In this document: piece by piece, positions 15,692-28,146 of the stretch
How positions within the stretch are numbered: the first letter of the stretch is position 1
Layout of the letters: every line of letters begins with the position of its first letter
NCBI GenBank assembly: GCA_964016885.1
Contig: OZ024751.1
Span: 44,516,001 to 44,580,000, forward strand
Source of the DNA: Eledone cirrhosa
Taxonomy: Eukaryota
Length of the DNA stretch: 64,000 nucleotides
Reading direction: 5' to 3'
Notes under the pieces: generated by a model
Told to the model about the DNA's origin: nothing
The model's database searches: none
What the model saw: the letters and a program-made list of their open reading frames with translations, nothing else
Translations under genes and position numbers: made by a program

Positions 15692-16064
15692 GTGTGCGTG
15701 TTTGTATGTGTGTACACGTGTCTGAACATGCGTGAAGGTATATCTGTCTGTGTATATGTGTATTTGTATGTCTTTGTGCGTGTGTGTGTCTTTGTGTGTG
15801 TGTGTGTGTGCGTGTGTGTGTGTGTCTTTGTGTGCGTGTGTGTACACGTATCTGTAGATACGTGAATGTATGTCTGTATATGTGAGGGTGTTGTATTGAG
15901 AGACGAGTCAGAAGATATAAACGGGTAGTTTGATGTGGGGAGTGGGAGGAGCGGGGAGAGGAAAAGGTATGTCGTACTAGCTAGAAGAATAGATATATTT
16001 AGCAGCCATTGTATATAACAAGAAGACTAACACATGAATGAACGACCAAACATATATTGGCAAT

Positions 16065-16116
<52 letters not shown>

Positions 16117-16119
16117 GAA

Positions 16120-16177
<58 letters not shown>

Positions 16178-16327
16178 TGTGGGTGAGAGAGAGAGAGAGC
16201 GGGTGAGATAGACAGATTGAGACAAAGTGAGAAGGAGAGAAAGAAATAGACAGGCAGAAGCATACTTAAAACATTACATACATACATATATGCATACATA
16301 CATACATACATATATACATACATATAT

Positions 16328-16377
<50 letters not shown>

Positions 16378-16379
<2 letters not shown>

Positions 16380-16985
16380 TGGCTGCCAACTCGTTTTCGA
16401 GTACGGCCACTACTTTATATCCATGTAGGAGAACCCCTACCGATGCGCTGAACGAGTGTGACTTTTTAGTCCAGCCAGCGACTTGAAAACTCTGGTACAA
16501 ACACTACACTTGTGACAATTACTGACACATAGTGCTGGGCCCATGGTACCATGTGACGACAAGTGCAGAGAGATCTCCAGATATAAAACAATGCCTGTGC
16601 CGTGAAGCTTTTATAGTGAGCAAAGGCACTGCACAAAGCCAGTCCCACTCTCTTAACCAAGATGATATTTACCAAAAAGAAGAACAACTCAACATCATTG
16701 GATACCATCAGGGTTGCAGGTGTTATATCAGAGTTTTCCTTCTCCTAGAATTCTGCCTTGACGAAGGCTAAGGGGTCATCTCTCCCGGTGATTTTGGATG
16801 GCCATTAACTCTTAAGAGCTCCTTTGCCCTTTGACAGGTTTTGTTTTTAGTCCTGCAGGATGTCCAAAGTCACCCTCCTCACCAAGAAACCTTGGTGGGG
16901 TTGCCAGTTTAGTCGCCAACGGCCCGACCATGAGACAGGTTGTACTGGGATACATGTTACCAGTAGCACCAACTGGTGACCTAAC
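16378..16985 (-). mobile_element. ~600-bp non-autonomous interspersed repeat with RTE-5'UTR-like motif (GGAGAAGGAAAACTCTGA)
   Basis: Near-identical inverted copy at 46427-46995; both end at GCAGCCACC followed by (AT)n. Confidence 0.75.
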
Positions 16986-17255
16986 ATACATATATACATA
17001 CATACTTATATACAGGCTGTTATGACATAAAATGTTCTGTTATGAAACAGCAAAGATGTCGGCCGTATATAGAGCAAGTAATACAAAAGGACACTTTAAT
17101 GATCGAAAAGATAGCTTAATAGATTCAGTACTGTATTCAAAGTTACTGGGCCATCGTAAGCCTGTTCCTTACTGCAGAGGCCGCGTCCCCCCATTAAACA
17201 CCCCACAAACATATACTTCAAATTATAGACATCGGTACATTATCAGAACCCAGTT

Positions 17256-17338
<83 letters not shown>

Positions 17339-17373
17339 TATATATATACATATATATATATATGTATATATAA

Positions 17374-17456
<83 letters not shown>

Positions 17457-17459
<3 letters not shown>

Positions 17460-17700
17460 ATAATAATAAATTTGAAGACTAAAATCCAAAGAGGGCTCGA
17501 TAAGGATAAATATATATCAAATATATAAGAACCGTAGTGCAAATATTTATTAAAATAACAGATTAAAGTTTAAGCAAAGAATCGCTGCTTTCACCCTTAA
17601 CGGGATCTTCTGCGTTTACAGATTGACTTTGTTAGTTTCAGAAGATCCCGTTAAGGGTGAAAGCAGCGATTCTTTGCTTAAACTTTAATCTGTTATTTTA

Positions 17701-17708
<8 letters not shown>
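17457..17708. mobile_element. (TA)n-embedded Penelope-like remnant with 70-bp inverted arms (17543-17612 / 17639-17708) containing an HHR-like core variant
   Basis: CAGAAGA-TCCC-GTTAA-GGGT-GAAA-GCAGCG in each arm; 26-nt spacer. Confidence 0.6.
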
Positions 17709-17744
<36 letters not shown>

Positions 17745-17747
<3 letters not shown>

Positions 17748-17946
17748 GGAAAAAGTATGACCCCGGCGGCAGAGCTCAAGCCGTTTCGACGGCTATTTTT
17801 GGACAGAGTCCAGAAATAGCCGTCGAAACGGCTTGAGCTCTGCTGTCGGGGTCTTACTTTTTCCTATTTCCCACTCTACTACCCTAAGTATTGAGTACTC
17901 TGGTGCGTATGGTCCATCTGGTTCCTTACCACATTTCCTTCGTTAT
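17745..17946 (+). mobile_element. (TA)n-embedded fold-back mini-element, family A (palindrome 17745-17867 plus unique tail)
   Basis: Homologues at 23915-24098, 36485-36540 and 41306-41504. Confidence 0.8.
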
Positions 17947-17948
17947 AA

Positions 17949-18018
<70 letters not shown>

Positions 18019-18069
18019 ATTATATATATATATACATATATATGTATATATATATATATAGAGAGAGAG

Positions 18070-18303
18070 AAAGGATAAAAAGGACGATTGATTATTCCTT
18101 CATTGCATTTATTGATAGGTAACGCGCGTTTCGCCACTGATCAGCTCAAGGTTCGATCTATATCGATCCTACCCGACTCAATAATCGGCAGCTCGATGGA
18201 CCCTCTTAAAATGCTATAGCTCTACACATCATCACAGAAGTGAACCTAAACATCGAGTGCTCACCCGGGTGAACCTGCAGTAACTCCTAGTTACACCCAC
18301 TGG
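18070..18303 (-). mobile_element. (TA)n-embedded mini-element with GCGAAACGCGCGT motif (Penelope-type)
   Basis: Diverged homologue on the + strand at 22366-22555. Confidence 0.6.
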
Positions 18304-18359
<56 letters not shown>

Positions 18360-18651
18360 AAAACAAATAACGAAACGAAATTAAATTTCGTTTCGTTTGT
18401 AACTCACTTTTGTATGACTGACGCTTAAACAATTAAGTTAAAAATGTACATCCACATATGTATACTGAAATACTAGTATGCATATGAATACACACACGTA
18501 TACATATGTAGATGTACCGAGTTTTTCACTGGTCACTTTACTGTGAGTGTCCAGCTATTCTGTATGTAAGCACACAGACAAACCGGTTTTTAGAGTCATA
18601 CTGGTTTTTGAGGAAACACCTTTCCTCTATTCTCCAGAAAGCCAGACAAGG

Positions 18652-18694
18652 AATATTGAACTAGTTTCGATGTTGTTACATCTCATCAGCAATA
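18652..18694 (-). ncRNA. minimal type I hammerhead ribozyme (5' strand of stem I partly clipped by the inversion junction)
   Basis: Minus strand: TATTG-CTGATGA-GATGT-AACA-ACATC-GAAA-CTAG-TT-CAATATT. Confidence 0.8.
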
Positions 18695-19054
18695 AAAACC
18701 GGTTTGTCTGTGTGCTTACATACAGAATAGCTGGACACTCACAGTAAAGTGACCAGTGAAAAACTCGGTACATCTACATATGTATACGTGTGTGTATTCA
18801 TATGCATACTAGTATTTCAGTATATATATGTGGATGTACATTTTTAACTTAATTGTTTAAGCGTCAGTCATACAAAAGTGAGTTACAAACGAAACGAAAT
18901 TTAATTTCGTTTCGTTATTTGTTTTTATCGTCTCCGTTGAACCGGTACGTACTCACGCTCTATGCAAATTAGTCTGCCCACTACTAATTTTCATAGAAAA
19001 AGCATATAACGATATGTGCTTTTACGATTCTCTAGAGAGGCCGGAAGATAGGTA

Positions 19055-19099
19055 AATATTGCTGATGAGATGTAACAACATCGAAACTAGTTCAATATT
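19055..19099 (+). ncRNA. minimal type I hammerhead ribozyme
   Basis: AATATTG (stem I) CTGATGA GATGT/AACA/ACATC (stem II) GAAA CTAG (palindromic stem III) TT CAATATT (stem I'). Confidence 0.9.
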
Positions 19100-19520
19100 C
19101 CTTGTCTGGCTTTCTGGAGAATAGAGGAAAGGTGTTTCCTCAAAAACCAGTATGACTCTAAAAACCGGTTTGTCTGTGTGCTTACATACAGAATAGCTGG
19201 ACACTCACAGTAAAGTGACCAGTGAAAAACTCGGTACATCTACATATGTATACGTGTGTGTATTCATATGCATACTAGTATTTCAGTATACATATGTGGA
19301 TGTACATTTTTAACTTAATTGTTTAAGCGTCAGTCATACAAAAGTGAGTTACAAACGAAACGAAATTTAATTTCGTTTCGTTATTTGTTTTTATCGTCTC
19401 CGTTGAACCGGTACGTACTCACGCTCTATGCAAATTGGTCTGCTCACTACTAATTTTCATAGAAAAAGCATATAACGATATGTCCTTTTACGATTCTCTA
19501 GAGAGGCCGGAAGATAGGTA

Positions 19521-19565
19521 AATATTGCTGATGAGATGTAACAACATCGAAACTAGTTCAATATT
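19521..19565 (+). ncRNA. minimal type I hammerhead ribozyme
   Basis: Identical to 19055-19099. Confidence 0.9.
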
Positions 19566-19841
19566 CCTTGTCTGGCTTTCTGGAGAATAGAGGAAAGGTG
19601 TTTCCTCAAAAACCAGTATGACTCTAAAAACCGGTTTGTCTGTGTGCTTACATACAGAATAGCTGGACACTCACAGTAAAGTGACCAGTGAAAAACTCGG
19701 TACATCTACATATGTATACGTGTGTGTATTCATATGCATACTAGTATTTCAGTATACATATGTGGATGTACATTTTTAACTTAATTGTTTATATATAATA
19801 TAATTATATATATATATACACACATATATATATATATATAG

Positions 19842-19913
<72 letters not shown>

Positions 19914-20033
19914 ATATTTAGGGATGGTGATGTTGGCAATATTGCCAATAGAAAGAAACAGACACACCATATAATTTCCACTTTATCTTTATTGTTTGTT
20001 ATTCATTTGCTTATCAACTAAATTTATTTGCTT

Positions 20034-20086
<53 letters not shown>

Positions 20087-20174
20087 CATATTATATATAT
20101 ATATTATATACATATTATATACATATTATATATACATATATATATATGTATATACATATATATACATACATATA

Positions 20175-20219
<45 letters not shown>

Positions 20220-20613
20220 ATATACACACATATATACAGTACATATTTATATGTATGTATATATCAGAATGAGGAGGAGTTTCACAAGTCTCTGCTTTGT
20301 CGTATGAGGCAGTGTATTCAAAAACGTATGTATTAAACAATACCACAAAAATAAACATAAAAACAACTACTACAACAACAATAACAACGGGCAATAAAGG
20401 AGAAGAAAAAGGTGGGTGGTTCGGCCTGTTTACTGAGAATGGTCGAGGGTGGAGCATTGCAGGTTGTATGATGTTGAGGTAGACAGCGAAACAGAACGAT
20501 GGACCAAGGAACATTGCTCTGAATGAAGGTAACTTAAAGTGCAGCGACAATAGATTTTGATTTCTTATCTATTTATATATATACAGATAGCGGGCTCATT
20601 CACACATTAATTA

Positions 20614-20684
<71 letters not shown>

Positions 20685-20823
20685 TACGTGTATATATATG
20701 GATATACATTAACATTAGACAATACTTTTTATTCAATGATTTTGAGTTTCAAAGCTATGTCTTCACAGACCGTTACTTTACAATTGCGTCGTTGCTGAGT
20801 CATGTTTGCCATTATTTATTTAT

Positions 20824-20888
<65 letters not shown>

Positions 20889-20918
20889 CAGTATATATGT
20901 GTATATATGTATATATAT

Positions 20919-20960
<42 letters not shown>

Positions 20961-20962
<2 letters not shown>

Positions 20963-21648
20963 CGTCGATGAATTAGTTTTGCGAGGTTTTTTATATGAAA
21001 TCGTGTGTCGAAACAGATATTGTTATATTTGGGGAGGGTCATATTTGCGTAATATTGCCAGAATTAATAACAGAACACACTCACTGTTTGGTTGGTTTTC
21101 GCTTCTCGCTGTCTTTTATATATATATATCTGCGATCTAACTTACTCGGTCCTCAATGTTGCCATTGACTGACCGGCGGTCAAAAATAATACAGATACAA
21201 TATAGACAAACACATATATATATAGTTTACATAAATCTTTCGTTGCACATCTGCAACATCGTCAGTGGTGTTATATTCATTGTTCCTCCTGTTGTGTTGT
21301 ATGTCTACGCCATTTTTTTTGTTCTGTCTGTCTATATATAGACAGACTGAACAAAAAAAATGGCGTAGACATACAACACAACAGGAGGAACAATGAATAT
21401 AACACCACTGACGATGTTGCAGATGTGCAACGAAAGATTTATGTAAACTATATATATATGTGTTTGTCTATATTGTATCTGTATTATTTTTGACCGCCGG
21501 TCAGTCAATGGCAACATTGAGGACCGAGTAAGTTAGATCGCAGATATATATATATAAAAGACAGCGATAAGCGAAAACCAACCAAACAGTGAGTGTGTTC
21601 TGTTATTAATTCTGGCAATATTACGCAAATATGACCCTCCCCAAATAT

Positions 21649-21656
<8 letters not shown>
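20961..21656. mobile_element. (TA)n-embedded element family F as a ~640-bp palindrome (21017-21656) centred on GTC(TA)4GAC
   Basis: Arms are near-perfect reverse complements. Family members at ~19905-19975, 59557-59750, 59990-60055 and 62110-62440. Confidence 0.85.
21408..21441 (+). ncRNA. hammerhead-like core (mirror copy at 21232-21265 on -)
   Basis: CTGACGA-T-GTTGCA-GATG-TGCAAC-GAAA-GATTTA. Stem I is weak; stem II covaries with the homologue at 62185. Confidence 0.55.
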
Positions 21657-21703
<47 letters not shown>

Positions 21704-21872
21704 AATATATATATATATACATACATATATATAGATATATATATATATACATACATATATATATACATACATATATACATATATACATATATACATATAT
21801 ATATATATACATACATATATACATATATATACATACATATATACATACATATATTTATATATATATATATAC

Positions 21873-21903
<31 letters not shown>

Positions 21904-21931
21904 CATACATACATATATATATACATATATA

Positions 21932-21969
<38 letters not shown>

Positions 21970-22004
21970 CATATATATATATATACATATATACATACAA
22001 ACAT

Positions 22005-22067
<63 letters not shown>

Positions 22068-22137
22068 CATACATACACACACATATATATATATATATAT
22101 ACATACACATACATACATACACACATATACATATATA

Positions 22138-22200
<63 letters not shown>

Positions 22201-22365
22201 ATTGATTGTATGCTATGTATTTGCCAAATTATCCCTGACGCACTTCACCGACGTCTGTTAGAGATGCGGAGGGATGGTGTCAGTGATAAGGTCCCAGATA
22301 TGTGATGAAAGATTTACACATAAATATAAGATATTCTTTGTTAGTACTTAAACATATATATATAT

Positions 22366-22555
22366 CCAGGGAGGGTAACGTGGAGTTACTGTAGGTTCAT
22401 TCTATCATTACCACCAAAGAGGTCCGACGAGCCATTGTTTACAGAGTCGGCTAGATCGATACAGATCGAACCTTGAGCTGATCAATAGCGAAACGTGCGT
22501 CACCAACCAATACACGTAATGAATGAGTAACCATTCGTCTTTGTTTTATTTTATT
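22366..22555 (+). mobile_element. (TA)n-embedded mini-element with GCGAAACGTGCGTC motif
   Basis: Homologous to 18070-18303 (-). Confidence 0.6.
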
Positions 22556-22589
22556 ATATATATATATATATATACATACATATATGTAT

Positions 22590-22830
22590 GTAAAAGTAAA
22601 CAGAAATAATAACACAATCGCTACAGTATATTGAAGGTATATATTAGGTTAACGCTTGATATAGCAGGAAGAGGGACTTAATGTTTCGGACGCTAGTCCT
22701 TCACCAGAAGAAAGAATGAGAAATAAAATAGATTGAGGGGACGGGCGGGTTGGAATTGGAAAAAATGTCTTTAGATAAAAATAACAGGTCCATTCATGTT
22801 GACATCTCTTGCAAAACTGTAAAGAGAATT
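22590..22830 (-). mobile_element. Penelope-like 3' end (degenerate GIY-YIG tail + mutated HHR CTGGTGA..GAAAC)
   Basis: Translation KRCQHEWTCYFYLKTFFP resembles the R..E..(W)IF.LKT..P tail; homologous to 61036-61262. Confidence 0.65.
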
Positions 22831-23142
22831 TTTTTAATTTCATTTTGTACATATAAACTCTATTTATATAATATATGTAAATATAATGAATATCAAATAT
22901 TGAAAAGATTATATTTTATATACATTATATATACATATATTACATGTGTATATATGTACAAAATGAAAATATATATATTTTTCTTACGGTTCTTCTTTTT
23001 TATTCTGTGAGGCGGCGAATTGTCAGAGTCTTTAAAGTTTTTCTCTAGCTCGGGAGACTCATCAGAGTGCTGCTTCTTCAGGTTTCCGTGGCGTTAAGTG
23101 GCTGAGAGTACCACCTCCACTACCGTGGACAGCACACCTGCT

Positions 23143-23385
23143 CATCGCAGGGTTAAACTCCCAGCTATCAGCTGAGTGTACTGGAGCAATGTGAAATGAA
23201 ATGTTTTGTTCAAGAACACAACACACAACCCGGACCAGGAATCGAACTCACCACATGATGATAGTAATTCCAACACACTTACCACTAGGCCATGCAACTT
23301 CACTAGGGTCATACGTTCCGGCTTTTTGCGCTCTGAGTTCAAATCCTGCCGAGGTCGGCTTTGCCTTACATCCTTCTCAGGTAAC
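23143..23385. mobile_element. SINE fragments of both families
   Basis: tRNA-like head and GTTCTTGAACAAAACA on -; GAGTTCAAATCC..TTTGCCTTACATCC on +. Confidence 0.7.
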
Positions 23386-23711
23386 GAAAGTGTTTGTAAA
23401 ATTTCGTAATAGCTAAAGTAAAACAACCAATTCAACAAAGATGGTGCAATAGATCATTTCTACTATACATTGCGTGGGACCTCCGTCAGTTTCGATGGTA
23501 ATGTTCCAGTTGTTCGATCAACGGAACAAGGAACAAGGTCTCTGGGAAGTTAACGTGGATGTTAATGGTAACCATTCAAATTTTAATAATATTCTCAGGG
23601 AGATTCCGCTTGAAAAAGAGTATGACAAATTTGACCCATTGAATTAGTGCTACAGTTGGGTTTTTATACATACAAAAATACTTAAATACGTACCTACATA
23701 TATTTGTACTT

Positions 23712-23756
<45 letters not shown>

Positions 23757-23806
23757 CAGACAGACAGGCAGAGACACACACATCTCTTTCTCTTTCTTGC
23801 TCTGTT

Positions 23807-24098
<292 letters not shown>

Positions 24099-24380
24099 AT
24101 ATATATATATATATACATAAACATATGTGTGTCTATGTGTGCATGTGTATGAGTCTGTATGTGTCTATGCGTATGCGTGCGTGTGTCTGCGTGTGACTAT
24201 CGGTGTGTGTGTGTGTGTGTGTATGCACGTGTGTATCTGTGTGTCTGTGTATGTGAATACGTATATTAGCACGTGTCTGTGTGTCTTCGTACACGTGTAC
24301 CCGATACTCTCCATTCAGACAGATGTAGGTGTAACGCATAAACATGTGTCTGACTTTTAATCAGATGTGTATGTATGTAC

Positions 24381-24456
<76 letters not shown>

Positions 24457-24577
24457 GTCACTATACAATACAAGCAGACGTGTGTAGGTGATTATTTATT
24501 TACATCTGTACAATATAGAACCACTATCTTTATATATATATATACATATACATATATATACATATATATATATATAT

Positions 24578-24672
<95 letters not shown>

Positions 24673-24799
24673 GCACGTGTAGGTGTTTGTTATGACGTTG
24701 TTATCTGATTGTCTATTCAACACTGAAGTACTATTTTTTCAGGCGTATATAAGGTAAGGTTCAAGGTGGAACGGTTTCGCTGTGTATAGTCACGTTTGA

Positions 24800-24839
<40 letters not shown>

Positions 24840-24847
24840 GGTGGTGT

Positions 24848-24888
<41 letters not shown>

Positions 24889-25262
24889 TTGGTGGTAGTA
24901 GTATTAGTAGTAGTAGTAGTAGTATTGGTGGTAGTGTAGGTGGTGGTGGTGGTGCTGTTAGAAGAAGAAGAAGAAGAAGAAGAAGAAGAAGAAGAAGAAG
25001 AGATAATAATGATTGATGATGGGCTGCTGCTGATGGTTGAAGTGTTGATAGGGATGATGGCGATGATGATGATGATGACGAAGAAAAGAAAAATAAGACA
25101 AGATGAAGGACAATGATGATGATGATGTTGATGATGATGATGATGATGATGATGGTGATGGTGATGGAGGTGATGGTGATGATGATGGTGATGATGGTGA
25201 TGATGGTGATGATGATGATGATAGTGGTGATGGTGATGGTGATGATGATGGTAATGGTGTTA
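24800..25262. repeat. compound (AGC)n/(AGT)n/(GAA)n/(GAT)n/(GGT)n microsatellites
   Basis: Direct reading. Confidence 0.9.
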
Positions 25263-25364
25263 GTAATATTAATTTGCAGGAACAAATATTACTAAACATT
25301 TTGTCTGACGCTCTACTGATTATGCCAATCCCCCAAAAGCCCACAATGAAACAGAATATATTAT

Positions 25365-25742
25365 CCCTTTAGCATTTACATTACTTTATATATACCATTG
25401 TATTTGTGTGCTGAAGGCTTTATCTTACATACTTATCTCACATAATATCGAATCTATGAGAACTATAACTTAAGGTCAATATGAGTGGTCAGTTACGGGC
25501 CGGTTTGAACAGAAAGAGGTGAGAGAATTCTGGCCAGTTATGGGCCGGTTTGAACAGAAAGAGGTGAGAGAATTCTGGTCGGTTATGGCCGGTCTGAACA
25601 GAAAGAGGTGAGAGAATTCTGGCCAGTTACGGGCCAGTTTGAACAGAAAGAAGTGAGAGAATTCTGGCGGGATATGGGCCGGTTTGAACAGAAAGAGGTG
25701 AGAGAATTCTGGCCGGTTATGGCCAGTTTAAATGCTAAAGGA
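25365..25742. mobile_element. piggyBac-type MITE with internal ~43-bp tandem repeat
   Basis: TIRs CCCTTTAGCATTTA / TAAATGCTAAAGGA flanked by TTAT and TTAA; about 5 copies of GGCCGGTTTGAACAGAAAGAGGTGAGAGAATTCTGGCCAGTTA at ~25490-25730. Confidence 0.75.
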
Positions 25743-26506
25743 TTAAATAGCGACAGAAGAAAGAAATATGCGGAAGAAAGAAATAGTTACATTGTCTTAG
25801 CGAAGGAAGACATAACATATTTAGGATTATATACATAATATATTATATACATTAGAGTTTATACTGACATTATGAAATACCAACAGCAAACAGATGGTTT
25901 TAAGTATACGACCGAAAAGCTCTCAGAGAATGACAAAGTATGATATGTCAATAAACACAGACGGGGAGTTTAGCCATCAAAATAAATGGATTTTAATAGC
26001 GATATCAATACAACAGACGACAATACATCTCTCCAACAAATGAAGAAAACAACCCAATATAAATATCTAGAAATTAAAGATAGCCCAAATGTGGACGATT
26101 TAGAACAAACCCTGTTTGTTCCTTCCAAATATGTGTTTCACTTGGCCTGTCCATATTTTCATCAACAGGAAGACATAATCATACGATGATATTTATGTTG
26201 ACAATTTAGTTTAAATTGAATTGTCATTTGTATCAGATCGATAAATAAAGTATCAATCCGACATTGGTGTCGATTCTCCATCCTGGTATTATTCTTTTCA
26301 TCAAACGTTAGTTGTATCTTATTTAAAATGAAATGATAAGACACCTTGTTAGCTTTCGTCAGCATAAAGCAAGATTTATGAAATATTCAATTTCACTTCA
26401 ATTCCCTATCTTTCTGCTTTGTTTGAAGAGTTCCGAACGCGGGATGGAGAGAGAAAGCCAGCTAACTAGCTAGACAGACAGACAGACAGGTAGATAGATA
26501 GATAGA

Positions 26507-26983
26507 TATCTTTCTTTATTTAACACAGGGGCGTACAAAATGACGGCGGGGTTTTTACATAAAATCTATAACAATGATAAATAACAATAAACTATATAAA
26601 AATAAAACAATTGAAATCCCCATGGAGGGGGGGGGGGGTAACGCTACTGCGGGGTTGTTTTACACCCGTTGATAGAACAACCCTCAACACCAGGAACACG
26701 TTTTGTAGGTGTTCCCGTCTTCCCTCCGTTTATCTTCCTCAACCTACAGATAAGGCCCATTCACCCGGGCCATTTTTGCCACATTCACCCACCTTTCAGC
26801 GAATTTACTGGGGTGTAGCACCTCTCTCTTCACTCTCACCTTCCTTCTGAAGTGGTACTTAAAGAAGGGGATGAGTTGTTGTCCGGAGAGAAAGGTGCTT
26901 GCCCTCAGTCCTTTTAACCTCGTCCACCATATTACCTCTTTCGCCATAGCCACCAGACAGTGGAAGACCGCCTCTCCTTCATC
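26507..26983 (-). mobile_element. L1/Tx1-type LINE 3' fragment (third subfamily)
   Basis: Encodes EGEAVFHCLVAMAKEVIWWTRLKGLR..VNGP; GATA-flanked. Confidence 0.85.
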
Positions 26984-26993
26984 GATAGATAGA

Positions 26994-27273
26994 TATCTTT
27001 CTTTATTTGCCACAGGGGCGTACAAAAATGGGACATTACAAGACGTGACGGCGGGGGTTTTACATAAAAATAACTTTAACATTAATAAATAACAATAAAC
27101 TATATATAATAAAATAACAATTGAAATCCCCAGTAGGGGGGAACGTTACTGCAGGGTTGTTTTACACCCCGTGGATAGAACAACCCTCAACACCAGGAAC
27201 CCGTTTTGTAGGGGTTCCTGTCTTCCGTCTGTTTATCTTCCTCAACCTACAGGTTTATATACAGAGAAGGCCC
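26994..27273 (-). mobile_element. L1/Tx1-type LINE 3' fragment (same subfamily as 26507-26983)
   Basis: Shared 3' UTR; separated from its neighbours by 2-3 GATA units. Confidence 0.85.
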
Positions 27274-27285
27274 AGATAGATAGAT

Positions 27286-27857
27286 ATGTTTCTTTTATTT
27301 GCCACCAGGGCATCAAAAGTGGGACAAGTACAAAGGGGGGAGTTTACACAAAAAGGCGTCCTCAATAAGGAGGAGGCAATAACAAAGTATAAAAATAAAA
27401 TAAAATATAACAAAAAATAAAATTTATAACAAAATCCTCAATAGAGAGGAGGCGCCTTGGGGGGTCGCACACACCCCCGAAAAAAGTGTGCAACCCTTTT
27501 CCTCAGGAGCACAGAGAGGGGGTGCTCCCTCGTTCCTTCCTCTTTTCCACCTACAGGCTTATGTAAAGAGAAGGCCCATTCACACGGGCCATTCTCGCCA
27601 CTTTCATCCACCTTTCATAAAAACGACTGGGGTGGAGCACCTCTCTCTCCATCCTGATCCTTCTTCCGAAATGATATCGGAAGAAACGGACCAGTTGTTG
27701 GCCAGAGAGAAAGGTTCCTGACCTCAGTCCTTTCAGACGCGTCCACCATACAACTTCTTTCACCATGGCTATTACGCACAGAAACACCGCCTCTCCTTCA
27801 TCTTTGAAGGGGGGAGGCGGCTTGATCATTACAATAGACTCGGTGGTCAACCGGATC
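27286..27857 (-). mobile_element. L1/Tx1-type LINE 3' fragment
   Basis: Highly similar to the 3' end of 27885-32276; GATA-flanked. Confidence 0.9.
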
Positions 27858-28146
27858 AGATAGATAGATAGATAGATAGATAGATTTCTTTTATTTGCCA
27901 CTAGGGCATCAAAAGTGGGACAAGTACAAAGGGGGGAGTTTACAAAACAAGGCGTCCTCAATAAGGAGGAGGCAATAACAAAATATAAAAATAAAATAAG
28001 ATATAACAAAAAATAAAATTTTTAACAAAATCCTCAATAGAGAGGAGGCGCCTTGGGGGGTCGCACACACCCCCGAAAAAAGTGTGCAACCCTTCTCCTC
28101 AGGAGCACAGAGAAGGGGTGCTCCCTTGGTCTTTCATCTTCCTCAC

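Larger units (their letters stand above)
18358..19790. mobile_element. retrozyme-like/Penelope pLTR-like array: ~2.4 tandem 466-bp units (+, 18693-19790) plus an inverted 337-bp copy (-, 18358-18694), flanked by (TA)n
   Basis: HHR cores start at 19062 and 19528 (466-bp period); the left segment is the reverse complement of the unit. Confidence 0.88.

Noticed and set aside
18547-18747. Repeated 60-aa ORF MSSYSVCKHTDKPV in the 466-bp unit
   Set aside because: GTG start, antisense to the ribozyme strand, no recognisable domain.
25490-25730. CRISPR-like regular repeats (also 49065-49495 and 34131-35700)
   Set aside because: No unique spacers, eukaryotic context and no cas genes; these are plain tandem repeats.
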